Part shown: positions 30,603 through 41,368 of the stretch, piece after piece
How positions within the stretch are numbered: position 1 is the stretch's first letter
How the letters are laid out: every line of letters begins with the position of its first letter
Made by a program: the position numbers and the translations under genes
Origin: a virus
Direction: 5' to 3' (one strand)
DNA length: 64,000 nt
IMG/VR virus record: IMGVR_UViG_3300017598_000441
Location: 9,680-73,679 of that record
The notes under the pieces: generated by a model
Told to the model about the DNA's origin: nothing
Seen by the model: only the letters and a program-made list of their open reading frames with translations
Databases searched by the model: none

Positions 30603-33600
30603 ATGAAATATTCGAGTTGTTCAAAATGCAAAATAAGTTCGTCCTGTAAACATACTGCATTACAGGAGGATTCTGTACAGAAAGATTTTCTGATAATATC
30701 AGACAGACCTAGCCAGTTCGATGATAATGCAGGTACAGTCATGCGAGAGGGTAAAGATAAACTTATCCAGAACTTATTTGCTATGGCGGGAGATGTAGAT
30801 GTAGAAAGTATAGCATATTCCTATGCTGTAAAATGTTACACCCCAGAGGTAGATATTAAAAAAGAGGCTGCAAAATGCTTACCCTACCTAATAGAGGAGG
30901 TACAGACTATAATGCCTAAATGTATAATGGTTTGTGGAGAAGTTTCTTTTAAGGCTATTTGTGAGGGGGATTATACAAAACAGATAGGTACAAGTGTTTT
31001 CTCCAGAAAGTTCGGAAGACAGTTCGAGAAAGTGCCTATAATCGTAAACTACGATACGGAGTTTGCCTCTGAGCATTCCACAAAAAATACAGACTTCTCT
31101 AGAAATGTAAGCCAGAAGTTTGTAGATATACTTAGTAAGGCTCACAATATTTCAGAATCTAAGGAGGGCTCAGATTCAGCAGTAGCGAAAGAGAGGCTAA
31201 CTAAGATAGTGGATGTACTAGATATAGATACAGCTAAAAAGTTAGTGGAATACTGTAAAATAAAAAAGGTAGCAAGTTTCGATTTTGAAACACCTACTTT
31301 AGATTACAAATCTGGAGAAAAACCTACTTCGTTAGCCATATCTTTCCAAGCGGGTAGTGCATATTTTATACCTATGTGGCACTGGTCAAGGGTCTTTCCA
31401 GAAGAAGATAAAGAGATTTTAAACGGATTCCTAGAATGTGATGAATTGACAAAACAGGAGTTCCTACATATTGCAGAATTAGTTTTTAGGAAATCTGGAG
31501 TAAATAAAAATGCAGATGATTTAATTGAGTATATCAATACTGTAATAATACCCCAGTTCTTGCCTAAAATGGAAACTGTAGAATTGACTTACGATATAAA
31601 GGAAATAATAGCTGACCTTGTAGATAAGGAAGAGTGGACAGAAGATTTCATTTATGAAGTTATATCTATAATAAACGATGGAATTTTTGGGGATAGAGAT
31701 ATTGTAAAAGTGGCACATAATTTCTCTTTTGATAAGCACTGGGGTATGGAGAACGGCATTGTCAAGTTTCGAGGGAGATGCAATGATACTATGTTGATGC
31801 ACCACTTAGTTAGAAATGATGCCAAGCATGGATTGAAATTCATTGCTCCCACATACTACCCCGAGTTTGCAAACTGGGAGGAAAGTTTAGGCTCGTATCC
31901 TTGGGATGCAATACCCTTTAAAGTTCAAGGATTGTATAATGGTATAGATACTGACTTAACCTTGCGTATAGAACCTATTTTAGAAGATGAACTTCTAAAA
32001 GATGAACAAGTGTATAGGTTCTACAGAAATCTTACAATACCTACTATGCACGCTTTGACGGATATGTCATATAGAGGTATGAGCATAGACAGGGATTTGA
32101 TTGAAAAATCTATTAAGGAAACGGATGCAATAATAGCAGATGTACAGGCAAGTTTACTCCAGTATCCAGAGGTAATAAAATTTGAAGAGCATAGTAGGGA
32201 GGTTGCAAAAAAAGAAAAACTAAAAACCCTAAAAGAAAAAATCAAGGTTGCCAAAGAACGTACGAAGGTAAGTGTAGGCAAAAAGATAGAGAAGCTACAG
32301 GAAAAAATAGCTAAATCAGAAGGTGCTATAGAGGATTTGAAAAAAAACTTATTAGATGTAGAGGAGTATGTACTGTTCTTAGAACGTAAGAAGGATGAGG
32401 AAGATGGAGATAATGCCAAAGAATTAACTCGAGAAATCAAAGAGGAGAAGAAAAAAGTAGCCTCCCTAACAAGAAAACACACTACTGAGGTACGAAAAAT
32501 AACGAACACAAAAACCTCTATAGCAGAGTTAGAGACTGGAGATAATGATAACCACCACGTAAAAAATTGGAAAAAACAAATGTCTGAAATAAAGACAGGT
32601 GTGGTGGATGTATATGAAGGAGTTTCTTTATCCTCTCCAAAACAACTAGGAGACCTACTGTATGAACCTCACGGATTTGGCTATCCTATGCAATATGACT
32701 GGAAAAAGAGAGCAAAAACCAAGTCCACAAACAAAGCTATTCTAGGTCAGTTCGAGGATGATACAGGATTTATAGCAGAACTATTAAAGCTAAAGTCTAT
32801 TCAGCACACTAAATCCACTTACTTAGAGGGTATAAGGAGCCGACTGGATAGTAATAATATGCTACATACATCTTACAATCAGTTGATAGATACAGGTAGA
32901 ATATCCTCCAGAAACCCAAACTTGCAAAACATACCCCCAGAGGGGAGAGTAAAAGATGCCGAAGCATCTAGGGTGGTTGGGTTTATAAAAAAATCTTTCA
33001 ATGTACCCGAAGATTGTAGTATTCTAGAAGCGGATTACAGTCAAGCTGAACTAAAAGTAGCTGCGGAAGTGGCGGGAGAAACCAATATGATTGAGGCTTA
33101 TAGAGATGGGCAAGATTTGCACGTAAAAACAGGATGCTCTATAGCCGAAATTGAAGTGCCAGAGTATTACGAACTCCCTAAAGCAGAGCAAAAACCTATA
33201 AGGCAAAATGCGAAAGCAGCAAACTTCGGATTGATTTTCGGACAGGGTGCTAAAGGGTATCAACAGTATGCGAAACAAAACTATGGAGTGGAGATAGATA
33301 TACATGAAGCAACTAGGCAAAGGGATGTATATTTTGAGACCTACCCTAAGATTTTGAAGTATCATACAACGGCAGTAAAGGAGGCAGAGAAGTATGGTTT
33401 TATGAGAACTATGCTAGGCTACAGGAGATTTTTGCCAGATATTCATTCTGTAGATGACTTTCTAAAAGGGGAGGCAGGAAGACAAGCTATAAATACCAAA
33501 ATACAAGGTACAGCAGGACAACTTACCTTATTCTCTATATGTTTACTTAAAATACGATTACACCCCTCCGTGCAGATGATTAACACGATTCACGATAGTA

Positions 33601-33776
33601 TATTTTTCATAATACCAAACCATCTGTTAGAGGATACGAAGAGAATTATTCGCAAAACTATGGAGAACCTACCTATAAGAGAGTATTTTGGTGTAGGCAT
33701 AGATTCAGTTAAGATGAAAATTGACTTTAAGATAGGTACGAAAAGTTGGGGTGAGATGGAAGAAATTGAAGAATAA
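30603..33776 (+). CDS. polA: Family A DNA polymerase with N-terminal UDG-like domain and 3'-5' exonuclease
   Basis: CSKC...C and AVKC UDG-like N-terminus; DFET, HNFSFD, YNGID exonuclease; TGRISSRNPNLQNIP, DYSQAE, RQNAKAANFG, HDS. Confidence 0.96.
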   Translation: MKYSSCSKCKISSSCKHTALQEDSVQKDFLIISDRPSQFDDNAGTVMREGKDKLIQNLFAMAGDVDVESIAYSYAVKCYTPEVDIKKEAAKCLPYLIEEVQTIMPKCIMVCGEVSFKAICEGDYTKQIGTSVFSRKFGRQFEKVPIIVNYDTEFASEHSTKNTDFSRNVSQKFVDILSKAHNISESKEGSDSAVAKERLTKIVDVLDIDTAKKLVEYCKIKKVASFDFETPTLDYKSGEKPTSLAISFQAGSAYFIPMWHWSRVFPEEDKEILNGFLECDELTKQEFLHIAELVFRKSGVNKNADDLIEYINTVIIPQFLPKMETVELTYDIKEIIADLVDKEEWTEDFIYEVISIINDGIFGDRDIVKVAHNFSFDKHWGMENGIVKFRGRCNDTMLMHHLVRNDAKHGLKFIAPTYYPEFANWEESLGSYPWDAIPFKVQGLYNGIDTDLTLRIEPILEDELLKDEQVYRFYRNLTIPTMHALTDMSYRGMSIDRDLIEKSIKETDAIIADVQASLLQYPEVIKFEEHSREVAKKEKLKTLKEKIKVAKERTKVSVGKKIEKLQEKIAKSEGAIEDLKKNLLDVEEYVLFLERKKDEEDGDNAKELTREIKEEKKKVASLTRKHTTEVRKITNTKTSIAELETGDNDNHHVKNWKKQMSEIKTGVVDVYEGVSLSSPKQLGDLLYEPHGFGYPMQYDWKKRAKTKSTNKAILGQFEDDTGFIAELLKLKSIQHTKSTYLEGIRSRLDSNNMLHTSYNQLIDTGRISSRNPNLQNIPPEGRVKDAEASRVVGFIKKSFNVPEDCSILEADYSQAELKVAAEVAGETNMIEAYRDGQDLHVKTGCSIAEIEVPEYYELPKAEQKPIRQNAKAANFGLIFGQGAKGYQQYAKQNYGVEIDIHEATRQRDVYFETYPKILKYHTTAVKEAEKYGFMRTMLGYRRFLPDIHSVDDFLKGEAGRQAINTKIQGTAGQLTLFSICLLKIRLHPSVQMINTIHDSIFFIIPNHLLEDTKRIIRKTMENLPIREYFGVGIDSVKMKIDFKIGTKSWGEMEEIEE

Positions 33777-33855
33777 AATAGGTAATTAATTTTGGTATAT
33801 ATCAAAACTTTTATTATCTTTGCAATACTAATTAACATTAACAAATTCTACAAAA

Positions 33856-35208
33856 ATGAGAAAATTAGATTTAGGAGCGAACGAAAAGAACGCAGAAAAG
33901 TTAGGAGGGTTCGGAGGTTCCGAAGTATTCTACTTAGGGAAAGAAATGGATGATGAAATATACATCCGAGTAATCTACCCTCTGGAAAATCAAAATGGTA
34001 TGGTAAGTTTCCAAGCGGCAAAATGGTGGTTAGGTAGTAAACCTATCATGTCCCCAGAAAACAAAGTGGATGGCTTTGATGTAGTGGAAGATGAGTTAGA
34101 CCTTATCAAACAAGAGTACGAGGATGATACTAGAATGCTGAAAAGCATAAATAAAAAAACCTCAAACAACAAAGATTTTAAAAAGTCTTACGAACAATTA
34201 TTTCTGGGAGTACCTTTTGATTTTGATTTCAACGATGAGTTAGAAATCAAAGACATCTGGATTAGTGACCTTACCCGAGAGGAGGCATACGAGGCTCGCA
34301 TGGAGGTTAAAAAAGGGAAATACAAAAATGCAGCAGAAGCTATAGATGCAATGTGGGGCATAAAAGTTTCCGAGGATGAGAACATAGGAACGGAAGAACC
34401 TATTGATTTTGATAAACTTAAAAAAGCCATGATAGGAGATGGAGAAATCAAAATCATAAGTACTGGGGTACAGGCTATGAAAGAAGTGATTTCTACCTTT
34501 TCAAAAAAGGCAGCTTTAAAGCACTCAGTAAAATGTGACCTACTCACTTTGGATAATGTACGAGGGGTAAACACTATGGTATTCAAAAAAGGAAAAGGGT
34601 TGAACACCAAATACAGTTCAGATGCAGATACGTTCCCTATGGAAATGCCAGATTTCTATGATAATGATAATAACAAGCCAGATATTATCAAATTCGTAGA
34701 AGCCCAAATCAAGCCAGAAGCATGGATTAGAGCATACGTTAGATTCTATGTACTAGGAGAAGAGGAACCTGCAGATGATTATGGTCAAGATGGTGCAGAA
34801 ACAAGCAACCGAAGACAACCGAAGACAACCGAAAGAAGAAGACGTAGAGATGACGATGACGAACCTACTGAAACCAGAAAACGTAAAGATACTAATTCTG
34901 AGCCTGTAGATACTGGGAGAAAACGTAAAGATACTAATTCTGAGCCTGTAGATACTGGGAGAAAACGTAGAGATACTAATTCTGAGCCTGTAGATACTGG
35001 GAGAAAACGTAGAGATGCCCCTAAAGAGGAGGAGAAACCTACTGGGAGAAAACGTAAAGATACCGAAGAGAAGCCTACCAATAGAAGAAAAGCAGAGTTC
35101 GAGCCGAATGAAGAAAACTTCGAGAAGGAGAAAAAGGAGAACCTATCTCTGGCAGATTCTATGGAGAAAATGGAGAAATCTGATGAGGAGGAGTTAGATA
35201 ATTTATAA
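33856..35208 (+). CDS. Putative single-stranded DNA-binding protein (gp32-like) with repetitive charged tail
   Basis: Directly after polA; own promoter (33790-33822) and terminator; GKGLNTKYS; acidic end. Confidence 0.5.
   Translation: MRKLDLGANEKNAEKLGGFGGSEVFYLGKEMDDEIYIRVIYPLENQNGMVSFQAAKWWLGSKPIMSPENKVDGFDVVEDELDLIKQEYEDDTRMLKSINKKTSNNKDFKKSYEQLFLGVPFDFDFNDELEIKDIWISDLTREEAYEARMEVKKGKYKNAAEAIDAMWGIKVSEDENIGTEEPIDFDKLKKAMIGDGEIKIISTGVQAMKEVISTFSKKAALKHSVKCDLLTLDNVRGVNTMVFKKGKGLNTKYSSDADTFPMEMPDFYDNDNNKPDIIKFVEAQIKPEAWIRAYVRFYVLGEEEPADDYGQDGAETSNRRQPKTTERRRRRDDDDEPTETRKRKDTNSEPVDTGRKRKDTNSEPVDTGRKRRDTNSEPVDTGRKRRDAPKEEEKPTGRKRKDTEEKPTNRRKAEFEPNEENFEKEKKENLSLADSMEKMEKSDEEELDNL
34876..35016 (+). 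repeat. 42-bp tandem repeat, about 3.4 copies (RKRKDTNSEPVDTG)
   Basis: AGAAAACGTAAAGATACTAATTCTGAGCCTGTAGATACTGGG near-identical copies. Confidence 0.95.
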
Positions 35209-35215
35209 ACAAACT

Positions 35216-35248
35216 AAAAACCCTCAAAATCAATTTTGGGGGTTTTTT
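35216..35248 (+). terminator. Intrinsic terminator
   Basis: AAAAACCCTCAAAAT-CA-ATTTTGGGGGTTTTTT. Confidence 0.85.
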
Positions 35249-35260
35249 AAAAAATAACAG

Positions 35261-35752
35261 ATGGCAGATTTAGAAATTGTAGGTAGATTTACTGAGGACT
35301 ATAAGTTTATAGAGATAGACCCAGACCATTGCATCCCTCGGATGTTAAAGAAGTACCAAGGTATCAACTTGGATATTATACTTGCTAAACAGAAGCGTTC
35401 AAGAACTTCTGCACAAAACAGATATTTTCACGGAGTTGTTTGTGTAATGATAATTGCAGATGCTCAAAATAAAGGGGAAGACTGGGTGAGAAATCTTAGC
35501 AAAAAAGAGGCTATGGCCTATACTAAAGCACATATTTATAAGAACGTATTAAAACAAAGGCTTGTAGTAGCTGAAATAGACGGCATGGAGGTGTATGTCC
35601 AGTCTGGCAAAAGAATGTCGGAAATGAACACCTTAGAGTTCACAGATGCGGTAGAAGAGGTCAGAACACATTACGGGGAGAAAGGGTTAAATATACCAGA
35701 CCCTATCAAATACGGCTATATAGCAAATTATATAAATGCACAAAAACGTTAA
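35261..35752 (+). CDS. NinB-like recombination protein
   Basis: RTSAQNRYFHG and SEMNTLEF motifs. Confidence 0.65.
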   Translation: MADLEIVGRFTEDYKFIEIDPDHCIPRMLKKYQGINLDIILAKQKRSRTSAQNRYFHGVVCVMIIADAQNKGEDWVRNLSKKEAMAYTKAHIYKNVLKQRLVVAEIDGMEVYVQSGKRMSEMNTLEFTDAVEEVRTHYGEKGLNIPDPIKYGYIANYINAQKR

Positions 35753-35753
35753 T

Positions 35754-35981
35754 ATGAAAATACTACAAACTACGAAGTTCAAATTGTTTGAAAACAATAA
35801 TTTAGTAAGGTTTAGAAAAGTGCAGTATGAAGATGAAATATCTGGGGTAGTACAGGACTATGAATTTCAAGTCTTCAAAAGACCGTACTTTTTTGGTAGT
35901 CTAGGAAAAAAGAGGTGGAGTACTTCAATAATATCTAGAAGTTTTCGACTAGGGGTAAATTTCAGTTTATCTTTAGTTTAA
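35754..35981 (+). CDS. Hypothetical protein
   Basis: Fills the gap between genes; ATG 35754. Confidence 0.5.
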   Translation: MKILQTTKFKLFENNNLVRFRKVQYEDEISGVVQDYEFQVFKRPYFFGSLGKKRWSTSIISRSFRLGVNFSLSLV

Positions 35982-36002
35982 TTTTAACAACAAAAACACA
36001 CA

Positions 36003-37037
36003 ATGAGTAAATTAGCAGTAGCATTCGGAGACGTACAAATACATAACTATAGAGCTTATGACAAGAACACTGGGAGGAGGTTGGATAACACACTAAAGGC
36101 TGTAGAGCATATATTTGACTTCGCAGGAAAAAGTGGTATAGAATATATTTTGTTTGTGGGAGACTTGTTCGACCAACAAAAGAACCTACCCACAATAGTG
36201 ATAAATAAAACGGTGGAGACCTTTTCTAAATGTTTTAAAAAACATCCAAACATAATATTTTTAGGTATTACAGGAAACCACGACCAAAGTTCTCAGCAAC
36301 TGTTAGAGAAAGATGCAATATCCTCTCTAACTTTCTTAGGTAATATATTTGATAACTTTGTAATACTAGACAACAAAAACTACGAAATTCCAGTAGATAA
36401 GGATTTTTCTGGGACACAGCCTGTTAAAATTACAGGAATACCCTACTACGAGTATTCAGAACATTTTTTGACAAGGTTAGGTCAAGTTTCAGAAGAGGTA
36501 AAAAACAATAGTGCAAATTATGTAAATATCCTACTTACACACCAAACCCCCACAGGCCTAGGAAATCCAAACATACCTGTGGATGTAGATGTAAACGACC
36601 CTAAGTTAGAATGTTTTGATTTAGTTCTAAATGGGCATATACATAAATACCAAGAGATTACTAAAAAGTTTATAGATGTAGGTAGCCCTATAGCTAGAGA
36701 TGCAGACGATGAGGGTGACGAAAAAGGGTATTTGGTGATAAATTTAGAGAGGCCTCAGACCCGAAAATTCAAATCCCTAAACAGCGAATTTCCTGTAATT
36801 ATTACTAAATATTCTGGAGACGAAATGACTGAATGGGAGCAACAGCAATACGTGAGAGAAGTCCCCTTACCTATAGAGGAGGTAAATGAAATAATTAATA
36901 CATCCAACTACACAGCAGATTTAAAAGCCTCAGAGATTATCGAAAACTTCTGTAATGATACAGAGAACCTAGAAAAAATATCTATGGGGTTAAAAATACT
37001 GCAAGATGCAAACATTAAAAACACACACAATGAGTAG
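36003..37037 (+). CDS. SbcD/Mre11-like (gp47) nuclease
   Basis: GDVQ, GDLFD, GNHD, GHIH metallophosphoesterase motifs. Confidence 0.92.
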   Translation: MSKLAVAFGDVQIHNYRAYDKNTGRRLDNTLKAVEHIFDFAGKSGIEYILFVGDLFDQQKNLPTIVINKTVETFSKCFKKHPNIIFLGITGNHDQSSQQLLEKDAISSLTFLGNIFDNFVILDNKNYEIPVDKDFSGTQPVKITGIPYYEYSEHFLTRLGQVSEEVKNNSANYVNILLTHQTPTGLGNPNIPVDVDVNDPKLECFDLVLNGHIHKYQEITKKFIDVGSPIARDADDEGDEKGYLVINLERPQTRKFKSLNSEFPVIITKYSGDEMTEWEQQQYVREVPLPIEEVNEIINTSNYTADLKASEIIENFCNDTENLEKISMGLKILQDANIKNTHNE

Positions 37038-39459
37038 AACAATTTATAGTAAAGTAGTACTGGAGGGTTTTGGTAGTTTCCAAAAGGAGACTGAGTTCAA
37101 CCTAGATAGAGCAGGAAGTATGGTTCTAGTTAGAGGGGATAATGGAGAGGGTAAGACCACAATGTTTAGTGGCCTTATGTGGAGTCTGCACGGAATACCT
37201 ATGAAAGATATAAAAGGTAGTTCAGTAGCTACGTGGGAGCAAGTAAGAACAGAGGACTTTAGGGGGGTTAGAGTAGCCACCCACTTCCGAAAAAATGGAT
37301 ATAAGTTTGAGGTAATAAGACACCTTAAATTCAAAGGTAAAACTTACGGAGTTACTGGAGGAGATACATTAATGTTTTTCAAATGTCTAGAATCTGAAAC
37401 TATGTCGGACACGCATAGAATATCCGATAACAGGCATAAGCCAGATGTCCAGAAAGATATTGTAGAGTTATTAGAGACAGATTACACTCAAACTATACAT
37501 TCTATGTTTTTTGGGCAGGGTATGGCAAGATTAGTCAATAGCTCTAAATCAGATAAGATTAAACTGTTCGATGAGTTGTTCGATGCTACTTGGTTGAAAA
37601 ACAGTAAAGATGAGGCGAAAGTTAAAAAACTGAAAATAGAGTCTGACATCAGCACCACAGAAGAGAGGATACACTCCACTAACTCTAAGAAGAAGGACAA
37701 AGCAAACCAGATTGAACAACACCTAATCAACCTACAGGAGTTTACCGACAAAAAAGAGATAAAACATAATAAAATATCTAAGATTATTGTAAACAAAACT
37801 TCGGAGTTGGACACTTGTAGAGAAGAGTTAAAATTGCTTAGAGAGAGTGTAGATAACTACGATGATAATTTACTGGAGGAGAAGAGAGAATTATATGCAG
37901 AAGCATCGCAAGATAAATCTTTAGATGCAGATTTGGGAGTAGCTAAAAAAGCAGAGGCTGAGTATAAAACAAAGGTTGAAAAACTGGAGATAAAACTACA
38001 GTCCGAAAAACTGGAGGTAAAAACTATTGAGACTGCAGAGTGGGGTAAACTGCAAAAACTGAAAGATGCTAACTCCGAAGATTTAGAGGTTCTTAAAACT
38101 GCAGGAGAAAAAGCTAGGGATGAAGTGGAGGAAACATCTCTAGAAATACATAATACACAAATGAGGTTAAAGAAACTAACCTCTAATATAAGTACTGCAG
38201 AGGATTCTGTAAAAAAATCTGAAGGTAAAATAAAAAACCTACTTAGTGATATAGACTGTATTAGGAAGGATTGTCCAACCTGTGAGCAGGAATTACCTGT
38301 ACATACCATAAAGGAGACAAAAGCCAGACTACGAGCCCAAATCAAAGAAGAAGAGGAGTGTATGCAAGTTATGACTACCCAAATTGAAAAATACAACAAG
38401 GAGCAGGCTACACTAAAAACCACCTCAAAGCAGGAGGCAGAAAGCATGGAAAGTCTGGAGAAAAATCTAGAAGAGACAAAAACCAACTACATAAAAACCA
38501 AGGCTGATAATGTTGCACAAGAAGAGTTACAACTACAGCAGTACAACACGCTGTATAACAAGCAGTATAACATTATGGAGGCTGCAAAAACTGCATTAGA
38601 TGACCTTGGGAGAACAGAGGGTAAGAAAATAAAAAACCTCCTACATGAGCTGGACAAAAAATATACCTTGCGTGATAATCTCTTATCCAACTTGCGGACG
38701 GAAATAGCAGAAATAGAAAATACGAATAAAATCAGTATAGAGAATAAGAATAGAATCCCTGTAAAACAACTGGAGATAAAAAACCTACAGGATTATATTT
38801 CTGAGAAAAAAGAGGATTTGAATATTGTTCTGGAGGAAAACCCTCCCACAAACAACGTAGACGAACTACAGAAGGACATAGATACCCTACAAGAACTGGA
38901 GAAAGAACAGCAAGATGAAATCACAATTCTTAGAAAACAACTGGAAATAGTTAAATGGTGGTTCACTACAGGTTTTGGGGCAAAAGGAATAAAATCCTAT
39001 ATCTTTACTGCAGGTTTAATGAGATTGAACCAAGCTATTCAGAAATACGCTGAAAGACTGGGGTACAGGGTTAAATTCGAGATTGACCATAGTACAGCAA
39101 ACAAAGATTTCACAACAACAGTATTTTATTCCAGACGTACTGAGACTGGGGTACAAGAGTTCGCTAAAGACTATGAAGAGTTCTCTGGAGGTCAGAAACA
39201 AAGAGTATCCCTAGCTATTGCATTTGCTATGTTCGATATAGGAAGTGAAAAATCTGAAAGTAATATTATGATTTTAGATGAAGCTTTTGAAGGGTTGGAT
39301 GAAGAGGGTAGAGAAGCGGCCTTTGACTTAATTCGTATGAAAACGCAAGCAGGTAAAACTGTGTTTATCATAACCCACAGCCAAAATATTGACAGTAAGT
39401 ACTCGAAGAGCATAAGGGTGTACAGGAAAAATGAAATTTCTTATATAGATGAGGGGTAA
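37030..39459 (+). CDS. SbcC/Rad50-like (gp46) ATPase
   Basis: GDNGEGKT, coiled coils, CPTC zinc hook, FSGGQ, ILDEAF, ITH. Confidence 0.95.
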   Translation: MSRTIYSKVVLEGFGSFQKETEFNLDRAGSMVLVRGDNGEGKTTMFSGLMWSLHGIPMKDIKGSSVATWEQVRTEDFRGVRVATHFRKNGYKFEVIRHLKFKGKTYGVTGGDTLMFFKCLESETMSDTHRISDNRHKPDVQKDIVELLETDYTQTIHSMFFGQGMARLVNSSKSDKIKLFDELFDATWLKNSKDEAKVKKLKIESDISTTEERIHSTNSKKKDKANQIEQHLINLQEFTDKKEIKHNKISKIIVNKTSELDTCREELKLLRESVDNYDDNLLEEKRELYAEASQDKSLDADLGVAKKAEAEYKTKVEKLEIKLQSEKLEVKTIETAEWGKLQKLKDANSEDLEVLKTAGEKARDEVEETSLEIHNTQMRLKKLTSNISTAEDSVKKSEGKIKNLLSDIDCIRKDCPTCEQELPVHTIKETKARLRAQIKEEEECMQVMTTQIEKYNKEQATLKTTSKQEAESMESLEKNLEETKTNYIKTKADNVAQEELQLQQYNTLYNKQYNIMEAAKTALDDLGRTEGKKIKNLLHELDKKYTLRDNLLSNLRTEIAEIENTNKISIENKNRIPVKQLEIKNLQDYISEKKEDLNIVLEENPPTNNVDELQKDIDTLQELEKEQQDEITILRKQLEIVKWWFTTGFGAKGIKSYIFTAGLMRLNQAIQKYAERLGYRVKFEIDHSTANKDFTTTVFYSRRTETGVQEFAKDYEEFSGGQKQRVSLAIAFAMFDIGSEKSESNIMILDEAFEGLDEEGREAAFDLIRMKTQAGKTVFIITHSQNIDSKYSKSIRVYRKNEISYIDEG

Positions 39460-39505
39460 ATAAATTTTGGTATATTAAAAAATTTATACTATCTTTGTGA
39501 TAATT

Positions 39506-40048
39506 ATGAGTTTATACGAAGATGTATTCAATATGCCAGAAAAACCTAAGAGGAAATCTGGAATAAACAGCCGAGTAAAAGGGAGCAAAAATGAGAATGC
39601 TTTATGTAAAAAGTTTTTGTTTCCTTGGACTGGGGAGAGGTTTGCAAAAACTCCCGCATCTGGAGGTTTAAAGTGGGCATCTGCATTTGCGAGTGGTGAT
39701 GTTGTAAATTTAGATAGAGGAAAAGAATTTGAATTTTGTATAGAAACAAAACATTATGCAAAACTAGGTCTGAAATCTTACAACCTACATAAGAACTCAA
39801 TAATTTATAAATTCTGGAGGCAAGCCAAAAGAGATGCAGATATAATAAAAAAGCATACTCTTTTGGCAGTTCGTCAAAACGGTATGAAATCTGGAACTTG
39901 GTACATATTCTTTGCTGAAAACGTTAAAGAAAAACTAGGCATCAAACCTATATTTGAAGGAGAGGTAGATGAAGTAAAGATATACGGATTTGGTTCAGAA
40001 GAAATTTTAAACATAGACTACGAAGCACTAATAAATAAATTAACATGA
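39506..40048 (+). CDS. Holliday junction resolvase (PD-(D/E)xK)
   Basis: SRVKG...E, TPASGG, GDV, IETK. Confidence 0.85.
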   Translation: MSLYEDVFNMPEKPKRKSGINSRVKGSKNENALCKKFLFPWTGERFAKTPASGGLKWASAFASGDVVNLDRGKEFEFCIETKHYAKLGLKSYNLHKNSIIYKFWRQAKRDADIIKKHTLLAVRQNGMKSGTWYIFFAENVKEKLGIKPIFEGEVDEVKIYGFGSEEILNIDYEALINKLT

Positions 40049-40377
40049 AAAACTACATTAACGAGAAGTACTCGAAAAACAAGGCCGCCTTTGTTGTGAA
40101 AGGTGAGGATAGAAAATTACAAAGAAGTATAATCCAGAACGGAGAACTTATCAAGTTCAAGGATTACTTCACTATTAAAGCAATTCTAAAATCGGAGTAT
40201 ATAGATTTTTATGGCGTATCTGCACAGGCTGTAGATTACATCTGTAAATCTGGAGCTATAGACTCCATAAAAATAGGTACTACTAGAGTTATTCTACTCA
40301 CGAACAAAACCCGAGAGTATGTGCCTAATAGCAGCAAGAAAAGAACATCCACTATGAACTCTGTAGAGCGAGTGTAA
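40045..40377 (+). CDS. Hypothetical protein, possible DNA-binding helix-turn-helix
   Basis: YGVSAQAVDY..K.G.I..IKIG. Confidence 0.55.
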   Translation: MKNYINEKYSKNKAAFVVKGEDRKLQRSIIQNGELIKFKDYFTIKAILKSEYIDFYGVSAQAVDYICKSGAIDSIKIGTTRVILLTNKTREYVPNSSKKRTSTMNSVERV

Positions 40378-41003
40378 TGATTATTATAGATTGCTTCGGA
40401 GATGGTTCTTGTAAGAACATCAAAGACACCCCCTCAGATATGGGTGTAGGAGTAGTAATATTCTACAAAGGCAAATTGATAACTCAAATAGCCAAACACG
40501 TAGGAAAAGGCACTTCTAACCTATCTGAGTGGGAAGCTTTGATACTTGCCCTAAGAACGGCAGTAAAATATGTACAAACCCACTTAAAAGACGAAATAGT
40601 TACTATTAACTACTATGCAGATAGCAAGGTGGTGGTTAATATGTTTAACGGTCTATACTCAAATAAAAAGTTTAGGGCAGAATACAACAGGGCAAAATAC
40701 TGGGAAGACAAACTTCAAAAGAATCACAGAATAGAAGTTAGTTGGATACCTAGAGAAGAAAACACACACGCAGACAAACTTTCCAAAATAGGTAATCCCT
40801 ATTTCATACGAGAAAAAATGACTTTTGAGGAGTATGCTATAAGACAGGCGTACATATTCTCAAAAAAAGCCACACCCCCAAACCTAGATACAGCAGAATA
40901 CAGTTACTTACAAGGGCAGATGGATTTAATGGAATCCCTAATTTCCAGTAAGGTTTTGACTAAAACTAAGGCAAAAGAATTAATCAAAAATTATACTAAA
41001 TAA
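40377..41003 (+). CDS. rnhA: Ribonuclease HI
   Basis: DGSC, TSNLSEWEAL, DSKVV, WIPREENTHADKLS. Confidence 0.93.
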   Translation: MIIIDCFGDGSCKNIKDTPSDMGVGVVIFYKGKLITQIAKHVGKGTSNLSEWEALILALRTAVKYVQTHLKDEIVTINYYADSKVVVNMFNGLYSNKKFRAEYNRAKYWEDKLQKNHRIEVSWIPREENTHADKLSKIGNPYFIREKMTFEEYAIRQAYIFSKKATPPNLDTAEYSYLQGQMDLMESLISSKVLTKTKAKELIKNYTK

Positions 41004-41063
41004 TTTTGGTATATATCAAAACTTTATTTATCTTTACGGCAGTAAAAAATCTTAAAACACACG

Positions 41064-41327
41064 ATGGAAAACACATTCAAAGGAATACGAGCTTCATATA
41101 ACAACGAAATAGGAGAACCAATAATATCTGGTCAGATAGTAGAAGTATATGGTAGGTTAGCACCTAGAGAGACACATGAAATCTATTTTGAACCTAATCA
41201 TGGTTTTAGGGTTCAAGGAAACAATCTATCAGATGCAATCATAACTAAGGTGGTGAAAGATGTACGACTGAAAGACAGAATAATAGGAAACCTACAGTTC
41301 TTAAAGTTTTCAATTCTAGGTAAGTAA
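41064..41327 (+). CDS. Hypothetical protein
   Basis: Preceded by a promoter and an ACACAC leader. Confidence 0.65.
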   Translation: MENTFKGIRASYNNEIGEPIISGQIVEVYGRLAPRETHEIYFEPNHGFRVQGNNLSDAIITKVVKDVRLKDRIIGNLQFLKFSILGK

Positions 41328-41368
41328 GAACACAAGATTAGTAAAGTAAAAATCTTAAAACACACACG

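Noticed and set aside
25118-31150. Uracil-substituted genome
   Set aside because: An intact dUTPase and a UDG-like polymerase domain argue for exclusion of uracil
32190-32621. Intein or intron in the DNA polymerase
   Set aside because: No C/S...HN splice motifs or LAGLIDADG; reading frame is continuous and the insert looks like a coiled coil
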